Assembly (NCBI GenBank): GCA_016219875.1
Contig: JACRJZ010000150.1
Span: 870-64,869 of the forward strand
Direction: 5' to 3'
Length of the DNA: 64,000 nucleotides
Source: Verrucomicrobiota bacterium
Lineage (GTDB): Bacteria > Verrucomicrobiota > Verrucomicrobiia > Limisphaerales > JACRJZ01
The position numbers were made by a program, and so were the translations under genes. The notes beneath the pieces were generated by a model, which worked only from the letters and a program-made list of their open reading frames with translations, was not told the DNA's origin and made no database searches. Positions 9,756-18,725 of this stretch are shown one piece after another. The stretch's first letter is position 1; every line of letters begins with the position of its first letter.

Positions 9756-11000
9756 ATGAACTTGCCCACGCTCATCGCGCTACTGGCCGCCGTGCTCGTG
9801 CTCGCCCGCTGGGGCATGGAACTGTGGCTGGGGTGGCTCAACGAACGGCACGTCCGCTCCCACGCCGGCGAAGTGCCGGCGGCGTTCAAGGACATGATCG
9901 ACGACGCCACCTACGCGAAGTCCGTCCACTACACGCTGGACCGAATCCGATTGGGCCGCGTGACGGACAGCTATGACACCGTCATCCTGCTGGCGGCGGT
10001 GTTCAGCGGCGTGTTGCCGTGGGCGTTTGATCTCTTCGTCCGCTGGCGCGGCGACTCCGCGTGGTCGCTGGCGGCGTTTCTTCTTCTGGCAGGGGCGGCC
10101 CTGAGCCTCACAGGAGTGCCGTTCGCGTGGTACGAACAGTTCAAGTTGGAGGAACGCCACGGCTTCAACACGATGACGCTTCGACTCTGGCTGACGGATC
10201 GCCTGAAGGCCGTCGTGCTGGCGGTCGCGCTCGGCTACCCGCTGCTCGTGCTGGTCCTGTACCTCGTCCGACGCACCGGCCCGACGTGGTGGTTGTGGGC
10301 CTGGGGAATTCTGCTGGCGTTTCAGCTTCTCATGCTCGTGCTGGCGCCAGTGCTGATCCTGCCGCTGTTCAACAAATTCACGCCGCTGCCGCCCGGCCCG
10401 TTGCGTGACCGGCTGCTGGCGCTGGCGGCGCGCACCCGCTTCCGCGCGCAGTCGATTCAGGTCATGGACGGCAGCAAGCGTTCGCGCCACTCAAACGCGT
10501 TCTTCACCGGTTTCGGGCGCTTCCGCAAGATCGTGTTGTTCGACACGCTTCTGCAGCAACTCACCGAGCCGGAGTTGGAAGCCGTGCTGGCCCACGAGAT
10601 CGGCCACTATCGGCTGAAGCACATTCCCAAAATGCTGCTGGCGTCCGCGTCGGCCCTGTTCGCGGCGCTCGGCGTCCTGGCGTGGCTGGCCCAGCAGGAG
10701 TGGTTCTACCACGCGTTTGGGTTCCTGCCCGGAACGATCGAACCGGCGATCCTGCTCTTCGGGCTGCTGAGTGGCGCGGTCACGTTCTGGTTTTCGCCAC
10801 TGGCCCACTTGTGGAGCCGGCGCTTCGAGTACCAGGCCGACGCCTTCGCCGCATCCGCGGTGAACGGCCCGCCGGCCTTGATCAGCGCCCTGCGCAAGTT
10901 GAACGAGAAGAACCTCAGCAACCTCACTCCGCATCCTCTCTACAGCGGTTTCTACTACTCGCACCCGACACTGATTGAGCGGGAGCAGGCGCTGGCTTGA
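9756..11000 (+). CDS. M48 family zinc metalloprotease (Ste24/CAAX prenyl protease-like)
   Basis: 414 aa with multiple transmembrane segments. HEIGHYRLKH zincin motif plus downstream E. Ste24 N-terminal domain. Confidence 0.8.
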   Translation: MNLPTLIALLAAVLVLARWGMELWLGWLNERHVRSHAGEVPAAFKDMIDDATYAKSVHYTLDRIRLGRVTDSYDTVILLAAVFSGVLPWAFDLFVRWRGDSAWSLAAFLLLAGAALSLTGVPFAWYEQFKLEERHGFNTMTLRLWLTDRLKAVVLAVALGYPLLVLVLYLVRRTGPTWWLWAWGILLAFQLLMLVLAPVLILPLFNKFTPLPPGPLRDRLLALAARTRFRAQSIQVMDGSKRSRHSNAFFTGFGRFRKIVLFDTLLQQLTEPELEAVLAHEIGHYRLKHIPKMLLASASALFAALGVLAWLAQQEWFYHAFGFLPGTIEPAILLFGLLSGAVTFWFSPLAHLWSRRFEYQADAFAASAVNGPPALISALRKLNEKNLSNLTPHPLYSGFYYSHPTLIEREQALA

Positions 11001-11056
11001 ACCCCGTCGGGCGCGAACGGGCTGAGCGGAGTTCGCCGGGTCGGGGTATGTGCTTA

Positions 11057-11195
11057 GCGTAGCGCAGGTTTTCAACCTGCGGGACGTTGCCGGGCGAAGG
11101 CGGGTACGAACGCGGCGTGTTTCTAAACCGGCCACGCCCTGCCGACTGCAAGTCGGCGATACAGCAGGCTGGAAAGCCTGCGCTACGACGCTAAA
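11057..11195. repeat. family B element, partial (internal hairpin modules, no terminal inverted repeats)
   Basis: CGTAGCGCAGGTTTTCAACCTGCG ... GCCGACTGCAAGTCGGCGATACAGCAGGCTGGAAAGCCTGCGCTACGACG. Confidence 0.5.
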
Positions 11196-11203
11196 CACAT
11201 ACG

Positions 11204-11250
11204 GGTCGGGGAACCCGGCCTACAGGAAAAGCGTGTCTGGTAGGCCCGGA
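11204..11250. repeat. family C REP-like palindrome
   Basis: GGGGAACCCGGCCTACAGG...CTGGTAGGCCCGG. Confidence 0.45.
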
Positions 11251-11317
11251 GCACGCACCACGCTCTGGCCCGAAAAATGGCTGGCGTCGCGCCGCGTCAT
11301 CTGCTACAAGCGCGTCC

Positions 11318-11767
11318 ATGAAACGCCTTTTATCCCTGGCAGTTTTGGCCGCGCTGGCGGCACTTCTTCACGCGCAACAATACGAGATCAAGTGGAGCAC
11401 CATCGATGGCGGTGGCGGCACCAGCACCGGCGGCGTCTATTCCGTCAGCGGCACCATCGGCCAGCCCGACGCCGGCGCCATGATCGGCGGCAGCTACTCG
11501 GTGGTGGGCGGCTTCTGGAGCTTTGCGGCGGCCGTCCAGACGCCCGGCTCGCCCGTGCTCAGGATCGTTGGCGCCACTCCGAACGTCGTCGTCTGCTGGC
11601 CCGATCCTTCCAGCGGCTTCAGTCTGCAACAGACCCACGTCCTGGCCACACCTCCGGCCACGAGCGCGTGGACCGCGGTAACCAACAGCGCCGTTGTCGT
11701 CGAGGGCGAGAAGACGGTCACGTTGCCCGCCGTGCCAGGGGACACCTACTTCCGTCTCGTCAAGTAA
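11318..11767 (+). CDS. secreted hypothetical protein carrying the C-terminal FYRL module
   Basis: Signal peptide MKRLLSLAVLAALAALLHA. Gly-rich repeats (GGVYSVSGTIGQPDAG / GGSYSVVGGFW). C-terminal ~60 aa end ...DTYFRLVK. Confidence 0.55.
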   Translation: MKRLLSLAVLAALAALLHAQQYEIKWSTIDGGGGTSTGGVYSVSGTIGQPDAGAMIGGSYSVVGGFWSFAAAVQTPGSPVLRIVGATPNVVVCWPDPSSGFSLQQTHVLATPPATSAWTAVTNSAVVVEGEKTVTLPAVPGDTYFRLVK

Positions 11768-11816
11768 GCCCGCGCAGCCCAGCCGCCAACCTCGGTGAGT
11801 TCAAGAATCCCTGGAT

Positions 11817-11891
11817 CGTAGCCGCCGACGTGAGGAGGCTCTGTTTTCAAATCCGAAATCAAAACAGAGCCTCCTCACGTCGGCTGCTACG
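11817..11891. repeat. family A palindromic element
   Basis: CGTAGCCGCCGACGTGAGGAGGCTC - TGTTTTCAAATCCGAAATCAAAACA - GAGCCTCCTCACGTCGGCTGCTACG. The loop is itself palindromic. Confidence 0.65.
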
Positions 11892-11935
11892 CTTTCTTGA
11901 ATCTGGGCAACCCGATCAGGAGATCGCCTTGAGAC

Positions 11936-13276
11936 ATGACAACGAACTGCGCAATGAGGTCGCCGGCGACAGCCCTCATCGTGGCGGTGCTGGCCTCTTG
12001 GTGGGTGGCGGCCCAATCGCCCCCGCCGTTCGAGAGCGTGGGATTGCCGGATCACTTCGTCGCCACGCTTGCGTTGCAAACGTCGAACGGCCAGGTGAGC
12101 GCGGGATCAGCGGCCTTCCAAGTTGACTGCACCCGCCTGCAGTTTGTGGTGAACCTCGAACAAGCGTTTACCAATGTTACTGGAACGACTTTGCGAACGG
12201 GCACTCGCCAAGTGCGCGTGGACCTTGGCCCGGGCACGATGGCGTTCGGAGCCAAGATCGCTTCCGAAGGAGTGGCCGCTGCAGCGGGAAAGCCGAACCT
12301 CCTGGCCGGCAATCCCAAGGCGCTCGCGCCCATCCGATACGCCGGCGCCGTTCCGCTGCATGTGACGCTGCTGCGTGAGTTGCAGACTGGCCAAGGCGTC
12401 CTGCGCCTCATTCTCAAAGCACCGGAGGGACAGGGGGCCGCTTTGCCCATTGTGGAAGGACCACTGCTGGCCGTGACGAATGCCGGTGCCACCAATCCCC
12501 TGCCCTGCTGGCCGCGGAGTCCGAGATCGGTGACCGCTCGATACACGGCTGGGCCGGCCTTCGCGGTGCCGTTTGACATCTACGCCGACGGTGTCGGTGA
12601 AGTGGACGTGGACGCCGAGGGCGAGACAGATTTCTTCTTTTGTGTCAGCACTCTTTGCGTAGGTCCGACAGGCGGGGGATACCCGTGCCCGTTCCCGATT
12701 TCGGTGACGTGTTTCGGAACGAACCAGATGCTGGCCCGCAGCTACAAGGCGGCCGTGTTGGCCATCGGTGCGACGATCGGTCCCGCCCCGCCCGCGGAGT
12801 CGAGTTGGACGAAGTACAACGTCCGCTTGACCAGTCTGACGGACCCTGGCCCGGTGGCCACGGACGATCTAGGCCGCCTGGGCGAAGGCTACTTGGGCCT
12901 GCGGCTGCGGCAAGCGGACGGCTGGCATTACGGCTGGATGCGGGTGCATCTATCCAGCGCGGCGCCCAATCCGTTCTGGCCAGTGCCCGTGATCGAGGAC
13001 TGGGCCTACGAGCCGGCCCCTGACACGGCCATTCTGGCGGGTGCCAGGCCCGTTCCGGTCCCGCTGCGGAACGACGGCCTCCAGGCTTCGGGCCGCCTGC
13101 GCATGACGTTCACGGGTGAAATCGGCCAGGCCTACACGCTGCAATTCCGGCCCGAACTAACGGTGGGATGGTGGACCAACTTGAGCGGAGCCTTGATCAG
13201 CACCGCGCGCGAAGTGCTGTTGGACGTGTCGCTGACAGGGCCAAGCGGATTCTATCGGGTCATCGAAGCGGAGTAG
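11936..13276 (+). CDS. secreted hypothetical protein carrying the C-terminal FYRV module
   Basis: Signal peptide (ALIVAVLASWWVAAQS). No recognisable catalytic motifs. C-terminal ...GPSGFYRVIEAE. Confidence 0.55.
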   Translation: MTTNCAMRSPATALIVAVLASWWVAAQSPPPFESVGLPDHFVATLALQTSNGQVSAGSAAFQVDCTRLQFVVNLEQAFTNVTGTTLRTGTRQVRVDLGPGTMAFGAKIASEGVAAAAGKPNLLAGNPKALAPIRYAGAVPLHVTLLRELQTGQGVLRLILKAPEGQGAALPIVEGPLLAVTNAGATNPLPCWPRSPRSVTARYTAGPAFAVPFDIYADGVGEVDVDAEGETDFFFCVSTLCVGPTGGGYPCPFPISVTCFGTNQMLARSYKAAVLAIGATIGPAPPAESSWTKYNVRLTSLTDPGPVATDDLGRLGEGYLGLRLRQADGWHYGWMRVHLSSAAPNPFWPVPVIEDWAYEPAPDTAILAGARPVPVPLRNDGLQASGRLRMTFTGEIGQAYTLQFRPELTVGWWTNLSGALISTAREVLLDVSLTGPSGFYRVIEAE

Positions 13277-13313
13277 GCCGAGGCGCCGCTTGGCCGTGTC
13301 GATGCAGACGAGG

Positions 13314-13479
13314 GAACCACGAAATACACGAAACACACGAAAGCAAAGGCCGCCGTGCGGTTCTTGGCTGGGGTGCCGGCGTCACCAAACGGTGACGGGA
13401 CGAAGTCCCCGTCCTGCCGCGGCGCGGCTCGCGATTCTCTTGGGTGTTCCTTTCGTGTGTTTCGTATATTTCGTGGTTC
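13314..13479. repeat. long near-perfect inverted repeat (31-bp arms, ~98-bp spacer) in the intergenic region upstream of galM
   Basis: Arm 1 GAACCACGAAATACACGAAACACACGAAAGCAAAGG (13314-13350). Arm 2 CCTTTCGTGTGTTTCGTATATTTCGTGGTTC (13449-13479). The arms carry tandem ACGAAA(C/T)AC units and are AT-richer than surrounding sequence. Confidence 0.55.
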
Positions 13480-13716
13480 AACTGAATCGTTCCGGCTTGG
13501 CCGTGCTTCCGCGTACGGCCTCAGAAGCAGTGAAAAACTGGGGGGGATTGATCTGAACCAGCGACGACACTCGCCGGGCGGGTCTGAGAGCTTACGAATC
13601 GTCCGTCTTCTCCTTTGACCCTGCCGCGGATTCTCGTTATCTACAGCGGCAGAACGACCGGCCCTCGCCTGGCACGGCGGGGCCGCCGAACAGATCAACC
13701 GCAACAGCACACAACT

Positions 13717-14865
13717 ATGATGAAGAACGTGATCGTCAGCCTCAGCGCCGTGGCCCTCGCCGCGGGCCTCGTGGGATGCGCCACGGATTCGACCCCCACC
13801 CCGACCATGAGCACCGGCAAAATTCAGAAACAGAGCTTCGGCCAGACGCCCGACGGCAAACTAGTGGACCTGTACGTGATGACCAACGCCAAGGGCGCAG
13901 TCTGCAAAGTCATGACCTACGGCGCAATCGTCACGGAGTTGCAGATGCCCGACCGCGCTGGCCGGCTCAATGATATCGTGCTCGGCTTCGACAACCTGGA
14001 CGGCTACCTCAAGGGGCATCCGTATTTTGGCGCCATCGTGGGCCGCGTGGGCAACCGCATTGCCAAGGGCAAGTTCACTCTGGACGGCGTGACCTATCAG
14101 CTCGCCACGAACAACGGCCCGAACCACCTGCATGGCGGCATCAAGGGCTTCGACAAGGTCGTGTGGGCCGCCGAGCCGCTGGAGTCTTCCGGCGCGGTGG
14201 GAGTGAGGCTCAGTTACCTGAGCAAAGACGGCGAGGAAGGCTACCCCGGCAACCTCAAGGCCGAAGTCATCTACACGCTCACCGACGACAACGAACTGCG
14301 CATCGACTACACCGCCACCACGGACAAGGACACCGTGGCGAACATCACCCACCACGGCTATTGGAATCTGGCCGGCGCGGAGAACGGCGGCATCCTGAAC
14401 CACGAACTCATGCTCTACGCGGACCAGTTCACCCCTGTGGACGACACGCTCATTCCGACGGGCGAACTCAAGCCCGTGGCCGGCACGGTCATGGATTTCA
14501 CCGCGCCCACGGCCATCGGGGCGCGCCTCAAGCAGGTCGGCGGCAACCCCGTCGGCTACGACCACAATTACGTCCTGAACGGCGGCGGCAAGGGGCTGGG
14601 CTTGGTCGCGCGCGTGTCCGAGCCGACGAGCGGACGGGTCATGGAAATCTGGAGCACCGAGCCGGGCGTGCAGTTCTACAGCGGCAATTTCCTGGACGGC
14701 ACCCTCAAGGGCAAGAAGGGCGTGGTCTATAACCAGTACCACGGCTTCTGCCTGGAGACGCAGCACTTCCCGGACTCGATCAACCATCCGAACTTCCCGT
14801 CTTACGTGCTCAAGGCGGGAGTGCCGTACAAGTCCACTACCATCCACAAGTTCTCGGCGAAGTAA
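13717..14865 (+). CDS. galM: aldose 1-epimerase (galactose mutarotase), lipoprotein-type signal
   Basis: ATG at 13717 gives MMKNVIVSLSAVALAAGLVGC. The family is clear from GFDNLDGY, GAIVGRVGNRIAKGKFTLDGVTYQL and NNGPNHLHGG. Confidence 0.8.
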   Translation: MMKNVIVSLSAVALAAGLVGCATDSTPTPTMSTGKIQKQSFGQTPDGKLVDLYVMTNAKGAVCKVMTYGAIVTELQMPDRAGRLNDIVLGFDNLDGYLKGHPYFGAIVGRVGNRIAKGKFTLDGVTYQLATNNGPNHLHGGIKGFDKVVWAAEPLESSGAVGVRLSYLSKDGEEGYPGNLKAEVIYTLTDDNELRIDYTATTDKDTVANITHHGYWNLAGAENGGILNHELMLYADQFTPVDDTLIPTGELKPVAGTVMDFTAPTAIGARLKQVGGNPVGYDHNYVLNGGGKGLGLVARVSEPTSGRVMEIWSTEPGVQFYSGNFLDGTLKGKKGVVYNQYHGFCLETQHFPDSINHPNFPSYVLKAGVPYKSTTIHKFSAK

Positions 14866-14869
14866 GCAG

Positions 14870-15150
14870 CCGGCCTGTAGCAGCCGACGTGAGTCCTCAG
14901 GAACTTCGTTCTCCACCGCGGATGAGAAGGGTCGTCCCTTCCCCTCACCCGCCCTCCGGGCACCCTCTCCCGTCCGACGGGAGAGGGAATGCGTTCCATG
15001 CGCCTGAAGCAAGACCGCGCCCCCCTCGTCACATCGCGTGACTGGATCCTCCCTCTCCCATCGGATGGGAGAGGGCCGGGGTGAGGGCTTTTTCAGAGTA
15101 GAAAGCTCGAGCTAAGAAGTCAGAGCTGACGTCGGCTGCCACGATCCTGC
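14870..15150. repeat. composite repeat cluster between convergent genes: family A half-sites flanking family D palindromes
   Basis: GTAGCAGCCGACGTGAG at 14876-; family D CCCTCACCCGCCCTCC...CCCTCTCCCGTCCGACGGGAGAGGG and CCCTCTCCCATCGGATGGGAGAGGGCCGGGGTGAGGGC; then GAGCTGACGTCGGCTGCCAC at ~15122-15142. Confidence 0.45.
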
Positions 15151-15159
15151 GAGCGCCCC

Positions 15160-16026
15160 CTACAGCCGCGCGTTGTCGATCAGCCGCGTTGTGCCGATGA
15201 AGACCGCCAGCGCCAGGTGAGTTCCACGCCGGACTTTCGCGGCCGACGCCAATGTTTCCGGCTCGAAGAACTCGATGTAGTCCACACGCGCGTCGGGTTG
15301 GTCTTCGATCTGTCGGCAAAGCCGCCTCTTCAGCCGGGCCGCGCTCACCGGCGTTGGGGCCGAGCGCACGGCGGCCTGGGCCGTTTGGATGGCTTGCCAA
15401 AGCGCGCGGGCTTGCGGGCGCAGCGGCCCGACAAGGTATTTGTTCCGCGAACTCATGGCCAAGCCGTCCGGCTCGCGCTTCGTCGGGGCGACGACGACTT
15501 TGAGCGGGAAGTTCAGGTCCATCGCCATGCGCTGGATGATGGCGGCTTGTTGCCAATCTTTCGCGCCGAACACGGCCACGTCCGGCAGGACGATGTTGAA
15601 GAGCTTGGCCACAATGGTCGTGACGCCGCGGAAGTGCGCAGGTCGCGAGGCGCCTTCCATCGACTGTGAGAGCGTCTTCTCGACCACGTAGGTGCTGTAG
15701 CGGCCCTGATCCCGGCCCGGATACATAGCGGCATCCGTCGGAGCGAAGAGCACGTCCACGCCGGCGTCGCGGCAGAGCGCGGCGTCGCGGGCGAAATCGC
15801 GCGGGTAACGGCTGAAGTCCTCGCGCGGGCCGAACTGGGTCGGGTTCACGTAGAGGCTGACGACGACCTTGCCCCGCGGGCCAACGAGCCGGCGGGCGCG
15901 GTGGACCAAGCTGAGGTGGCCTTCGTGCAGATAGCCCATCGTCGGCACGAAGCCCACGCGCGGGCCGAGGCGACGCCACTTCAGCGCCAGCCGCTGCATC
16001 GCGAGGACGGAGGAGATCGTTCGCAT
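15160..16026 (-). CDS. panC: pantoate--beta-alanine ligase (pantothenate synthetase)
   Basis: Internal ATG (reverse) at 16024-16026 gives MRTISSVLAMQR.... The family is clear from VPTMGYLHEGHLSLV (HIGH motif), NPTQFGP, FGAKDWQQ and MSSRN. Confidence 0.85.
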   Translation of the reverse strand: MRTISSVLAMQRLALKWRRLGPRVGFVPTMGYLHEGHLSLVHRARRLVGPRGKVVVSLYVNPTQFGPREDFSRYPRDFARDAALCRDAGVDVLFAPTDAAMYPGRDQGRYSTYVVEKTLSQSMEGASRPAHFRGVTTIVAKLFNIVLPDVAVFGAKDWQQAAIIQRMAMDLNFPLKVVVAPTKREPDGLAMSSRNKYLVGPLRPQARALWQAIQTAQAAVRSAPTPVSAARLKRRLCRQIEDQPDARVDYIEFFEPETLASAAKVRRGTHLALAVFIGTTRLIDNARL

Positions 16027-16237
16027 GGCGGAGTGTTGGGCGAGGGGACGGCAGGCGCAAACCGAAACCGTTGCAGGTTGAAGGTTGGCCCGAGACGTCC
16101 GGAGCCAACGTGCAACTTTCAACCTTCAACCCGCAACCCTTCCAGCCGCGGCCCTGCGCCTTTCGTGGTCCTTCCACGCCAGCGTTCAGGGTGATGGCTC
16201 TTGCTTCCAGCGGCTGGGTGCTTTACGAAGTGCGCGG

Positions 16238-17887
16238 ATGAGACGCGACACAACACGGGACAGAAAGGCTGGCCGCCTTGGCGCGGTTTGGCTGGTCCTG
16301 CTTCTGTCGTTGTCGGCCTGCTTGTGCGGCTGCCGTCACTTGCAGCACAACTTCGACAAGAAACCCTCCCAGGCGTTGGCCCACCCGGAAGAGACACGTC
16401 TTGGCGCTCGTCTCTCGGCCCAGGCGAACCAGCATCCCGGCCAGTCGGGATTTCTCGTGCTCGACTCCAACGTGGAGGCGCTCCAGGCGCGCGCCCAACT
16501 GGCGGAGGCGGCGGAGCAGACGCTGGACGTGCAGTCCTACCTCATCTGGGGCGACCGCACGGGAAGGATGCTGGCGGAGCGCATTCTGGATGCCGCGGAT
16601 CGGGGCGTGCGGGTGCGCATCCTCGTGGACGACGTGAACGTGACGTGGAAAGACTCCTGGATCACGCGGCTGGACGCGCATCCGAACGTGGAGTTGCGCG
16701 TCTTCAATCCCTTTCTCGGCACGCGCACGGCGTGGTTCCTGGTGCTCTACGACTTCCTGCACGCGGGCCGGCTCTCCCGGCGGATGCACAACAAGATGTT
16801 CACCGCGGACAACGCGGTGTCCATCGTGGGCGGGCGCAACATCGGCGACGAGTATTTCGCCGCGCGGGAGGACATCAACTTCGAAGACCTGGACGTGTTG
16901 GCCATCGGACCGGTGGTGAAGGACCTCTCCGCAAGCTTCGACGAGTATTGGAACAGCGAGTGGGCCTGGCCCGTGGAAGCCTGGAAATCCCCGCGCGAAC
17001 GCTCCAAGGACCTCAAAGAGGCCCGGCAAGCCGTGGCCCAACAGCACGACCGGGACGTGAGTTCGCCCGCCGGAGAGGCGATTGACCAGGCAGACCTGCT
17101 TCAACGGTTGCTCGCCGAAACCCTGCCGCTGGACTGGGGCCAAGCGCGCGTGGTCTGCGACCAGCCCATGAAGATCAACGGCGCCAGCGGCAAGGACAGT
17201 GGCATCCGGGTTCTGCCGGAAGTGTGGGCCATGGTGGAGCAGGTGACAAACGAACTGATCGTGATCTCGCCGTACTTTGTCCCCGGCGAGGAAGGGATCG
17301 CCTTGTTCCGCAAACTGCGCCAGCGCGGTGTGCGCATCCGCATCCTGACCAACTCCCTGGGTTCCACCGACGTGGCCCTGGCCCAGACCGGCTACGCCCG
17401 CTATCGCCGCCAACTGCTCCACGAGGGCATCGAACTGTATGAGCTTCGCCCGTCGGCCTTGAGCCGGCCGAAAGATCGCCGCTGGCTGCGCCGCCACGCC
17501 ACGCGCCCGCAGACGAGCCTTCACACGAAGACTTACGTCTTTGACCGCAAGACGGTGTTCGTCGGCTCCATGAACCTGGACCGCCGCGCCTATTATTTGA
17601 ACACCGAACTCGCCCTGGCCGTGGAAAGCCCGGCGTTGGCCCAGAAGATCGCCGCCCTGTTTGAAGAATCCATCCAGCCGCAGCACAGCTATCGGATGGC
17701 CCTGTCGAACCCACCCCGGGTGGCCAGTCCCAAGGTGGAATCGCTCTGGCCGCAGCGCGAGTGGCCGGTGTGGATCACCGAAGAGAAAGGCCGCCTGGTC
17801 CGCCATTCCCACGAGCCGAATGCCAGCTTGTGGCGGAAGTTCATCACCAGCGTGCTGGTGTTGCTCCCCCTGGAGGGACAGCTCTAA
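16238..17887 (+). CDS. phospholipase D family protein (two HKD motifs; cardiolipin-synthase-like), lipoprotein-type signal
   Basis: ATG at 16238 gives MRRDTTRDRKAGRLGAVWLVLLLSLSACLCGC. First HKD HNKMFTADNAVSIVGGRNIGDEY; second LHTKTYVFDRKTVFVGSMNLD. Confidence 0.75.
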   Translation: MRRDTTRDRKAGRLGAVWLVLLLSLSACLCGCRHLQHNFDKKPSQALAHPEETRLGARLSAQANQHPGQSGFLVLDSNVEALQARAQLAEAAEQTLDVQSYLIWGDRTGRMLAERILDAADRGVRVRILVDDVNVTWKDSWITRLDAHPNVELRVFNPFLGTRTAWFLVLYDFLHAGRLSRRMHNKMFTADNAVSIVGGRNIGDEYFAAREDINFEDLDVLAIGPVVKDLSASFDEYWNSEWAWPVEAWKSPRERSKDLKEARQAVAQQHDRDVSSPAGEAIDQADLLQRLLAETLPLDWGQARVVCDQPMKINGASGKDSGIRVLPEVWAMVEQVTNELIVISPYFVPGEEGIALFRKLRQRGVRIRILTNSLGSTDVALAQTGYARYRRQLLHEGIELYELRPSALSRPKDRRWLRRHATRPQTSLHTKTYVFDRKTVFVGSMNLDRRAYYLNTELALAVESPALAQKIAALFEESIQPQHSYRMALSNPPRVASPKVESLWPQREWPVWITEEKGRLVRHSHEPNASLWRKFITSVLVLLPLEGQL

Positions 17888-17910
17888 CCGAAGCCGGGGG
17901 TTCCCGGCCT

Positions 17911-17952
17911 GGGAAAAAAATGACGCCGTCGGCGAAACGTACCGACGGCGTC
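17911..17952 (-). terminator. rho-independent terminator candidate for the minus-strand gene 18016..18624
   Basis: Stem GACGCCGTCGG / CCGACGGCGTC (17922-17952, 9-nt loop). The A7 run at 17914-17920 reads as T7 on the minus strand immediately after the stem. Confidence 0.45.
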
Positions 17953-18015
17953 CTCCGTGCATACCTCTCTCGGCATCTCCCCTTGACGTCGTCGGACGCG
18001 TCACTTGGAAATTCA

Positions 18016-18624
18016 TCAAGTCGGCGGCGGGTCGGCCGCGCGGACGTCTTCACGCTCGGCCCGCCGCAACCGCTCTTTGGCCTCGCCAGCGATCCACTGG
18101 GCAAAACTGCCCGTGGCGGCCTCTTCACAGTCGTTCGCGCGGCACCACACCGCCCCGTCTTCGACTGGCGATCCGCGCAGCGCCATCGCCGCCATGACCC
18201 GGGCCAAAAACCGCTGGATGACCGCGCGGTTCCTGTCCCGGAACCACTGGATCACCTTGCCGTTGGGAACCTGGTCGTGGAACAACCGTTGCAGATCCCG
18301 GTCACGGCGGGCCAGTTCGGCCACCCGCAACGAGCCATAGACGCCGTGACTGTAGGCGTACGCAACCAGGGCCAGGACCATCCACGGCGCGTACAGCCGG
18401 GAGGCCTCGAGCGAAAACGCCGGTCGCACGGCCGCGTCATCCTCGTCCCGGGCCTGTTGCACAATCAGGTCCGCCAAACCGCCCTCCGGCATCCACTCGG
18501 CCAGGTTCGCCGGCCACGGGCGGCCTTTCCATATTGCTCCACCCCGATTCCCGACGCCGGCGCCCTGGCCAGGCCCGGCCTCCGCCTCCTTCGTCTCAAC
18601 CCCGTCCAACAAATCGATGCTCAT
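18016..18624 (-). CDS. hypothetical protein
   Basis: 202-aa ORF with protein-like composition and its own terminator. The only AT-rich stretch in the window (18625-18725) lies just upstream, shared divergently with the HAD gene. No recognisable motif. Confidence 0.5.
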   Translation of the reverse strand: MSIDLLDGVETKEAEAGPGQGAGVGNRGGAIWKGRPWPANLAEWMPEGGLADLIVQQARDEDDAAVRPAFSLEASRLYAPWMVLALVAYAYSHGVYGSLRVAELARRDRDLQRLFHDQVPNGKVIQWFRDRNRAVIQRFLARVMAAMALRGSPVEDGAVWCRANDCEEAATGSFAQWIAGEAKERLRRAEREDVRAADPPPT

Positions 18625-18725
18625 ACTATATATATTCGTAGCACTTTGGGTGTTTCTATCAGTTGGCGCTCATTTTCTTTGAAAAAGTTTTGTAGCCGGC
18701 TCGCCCCGCGCCTTACGGTGAGGCG

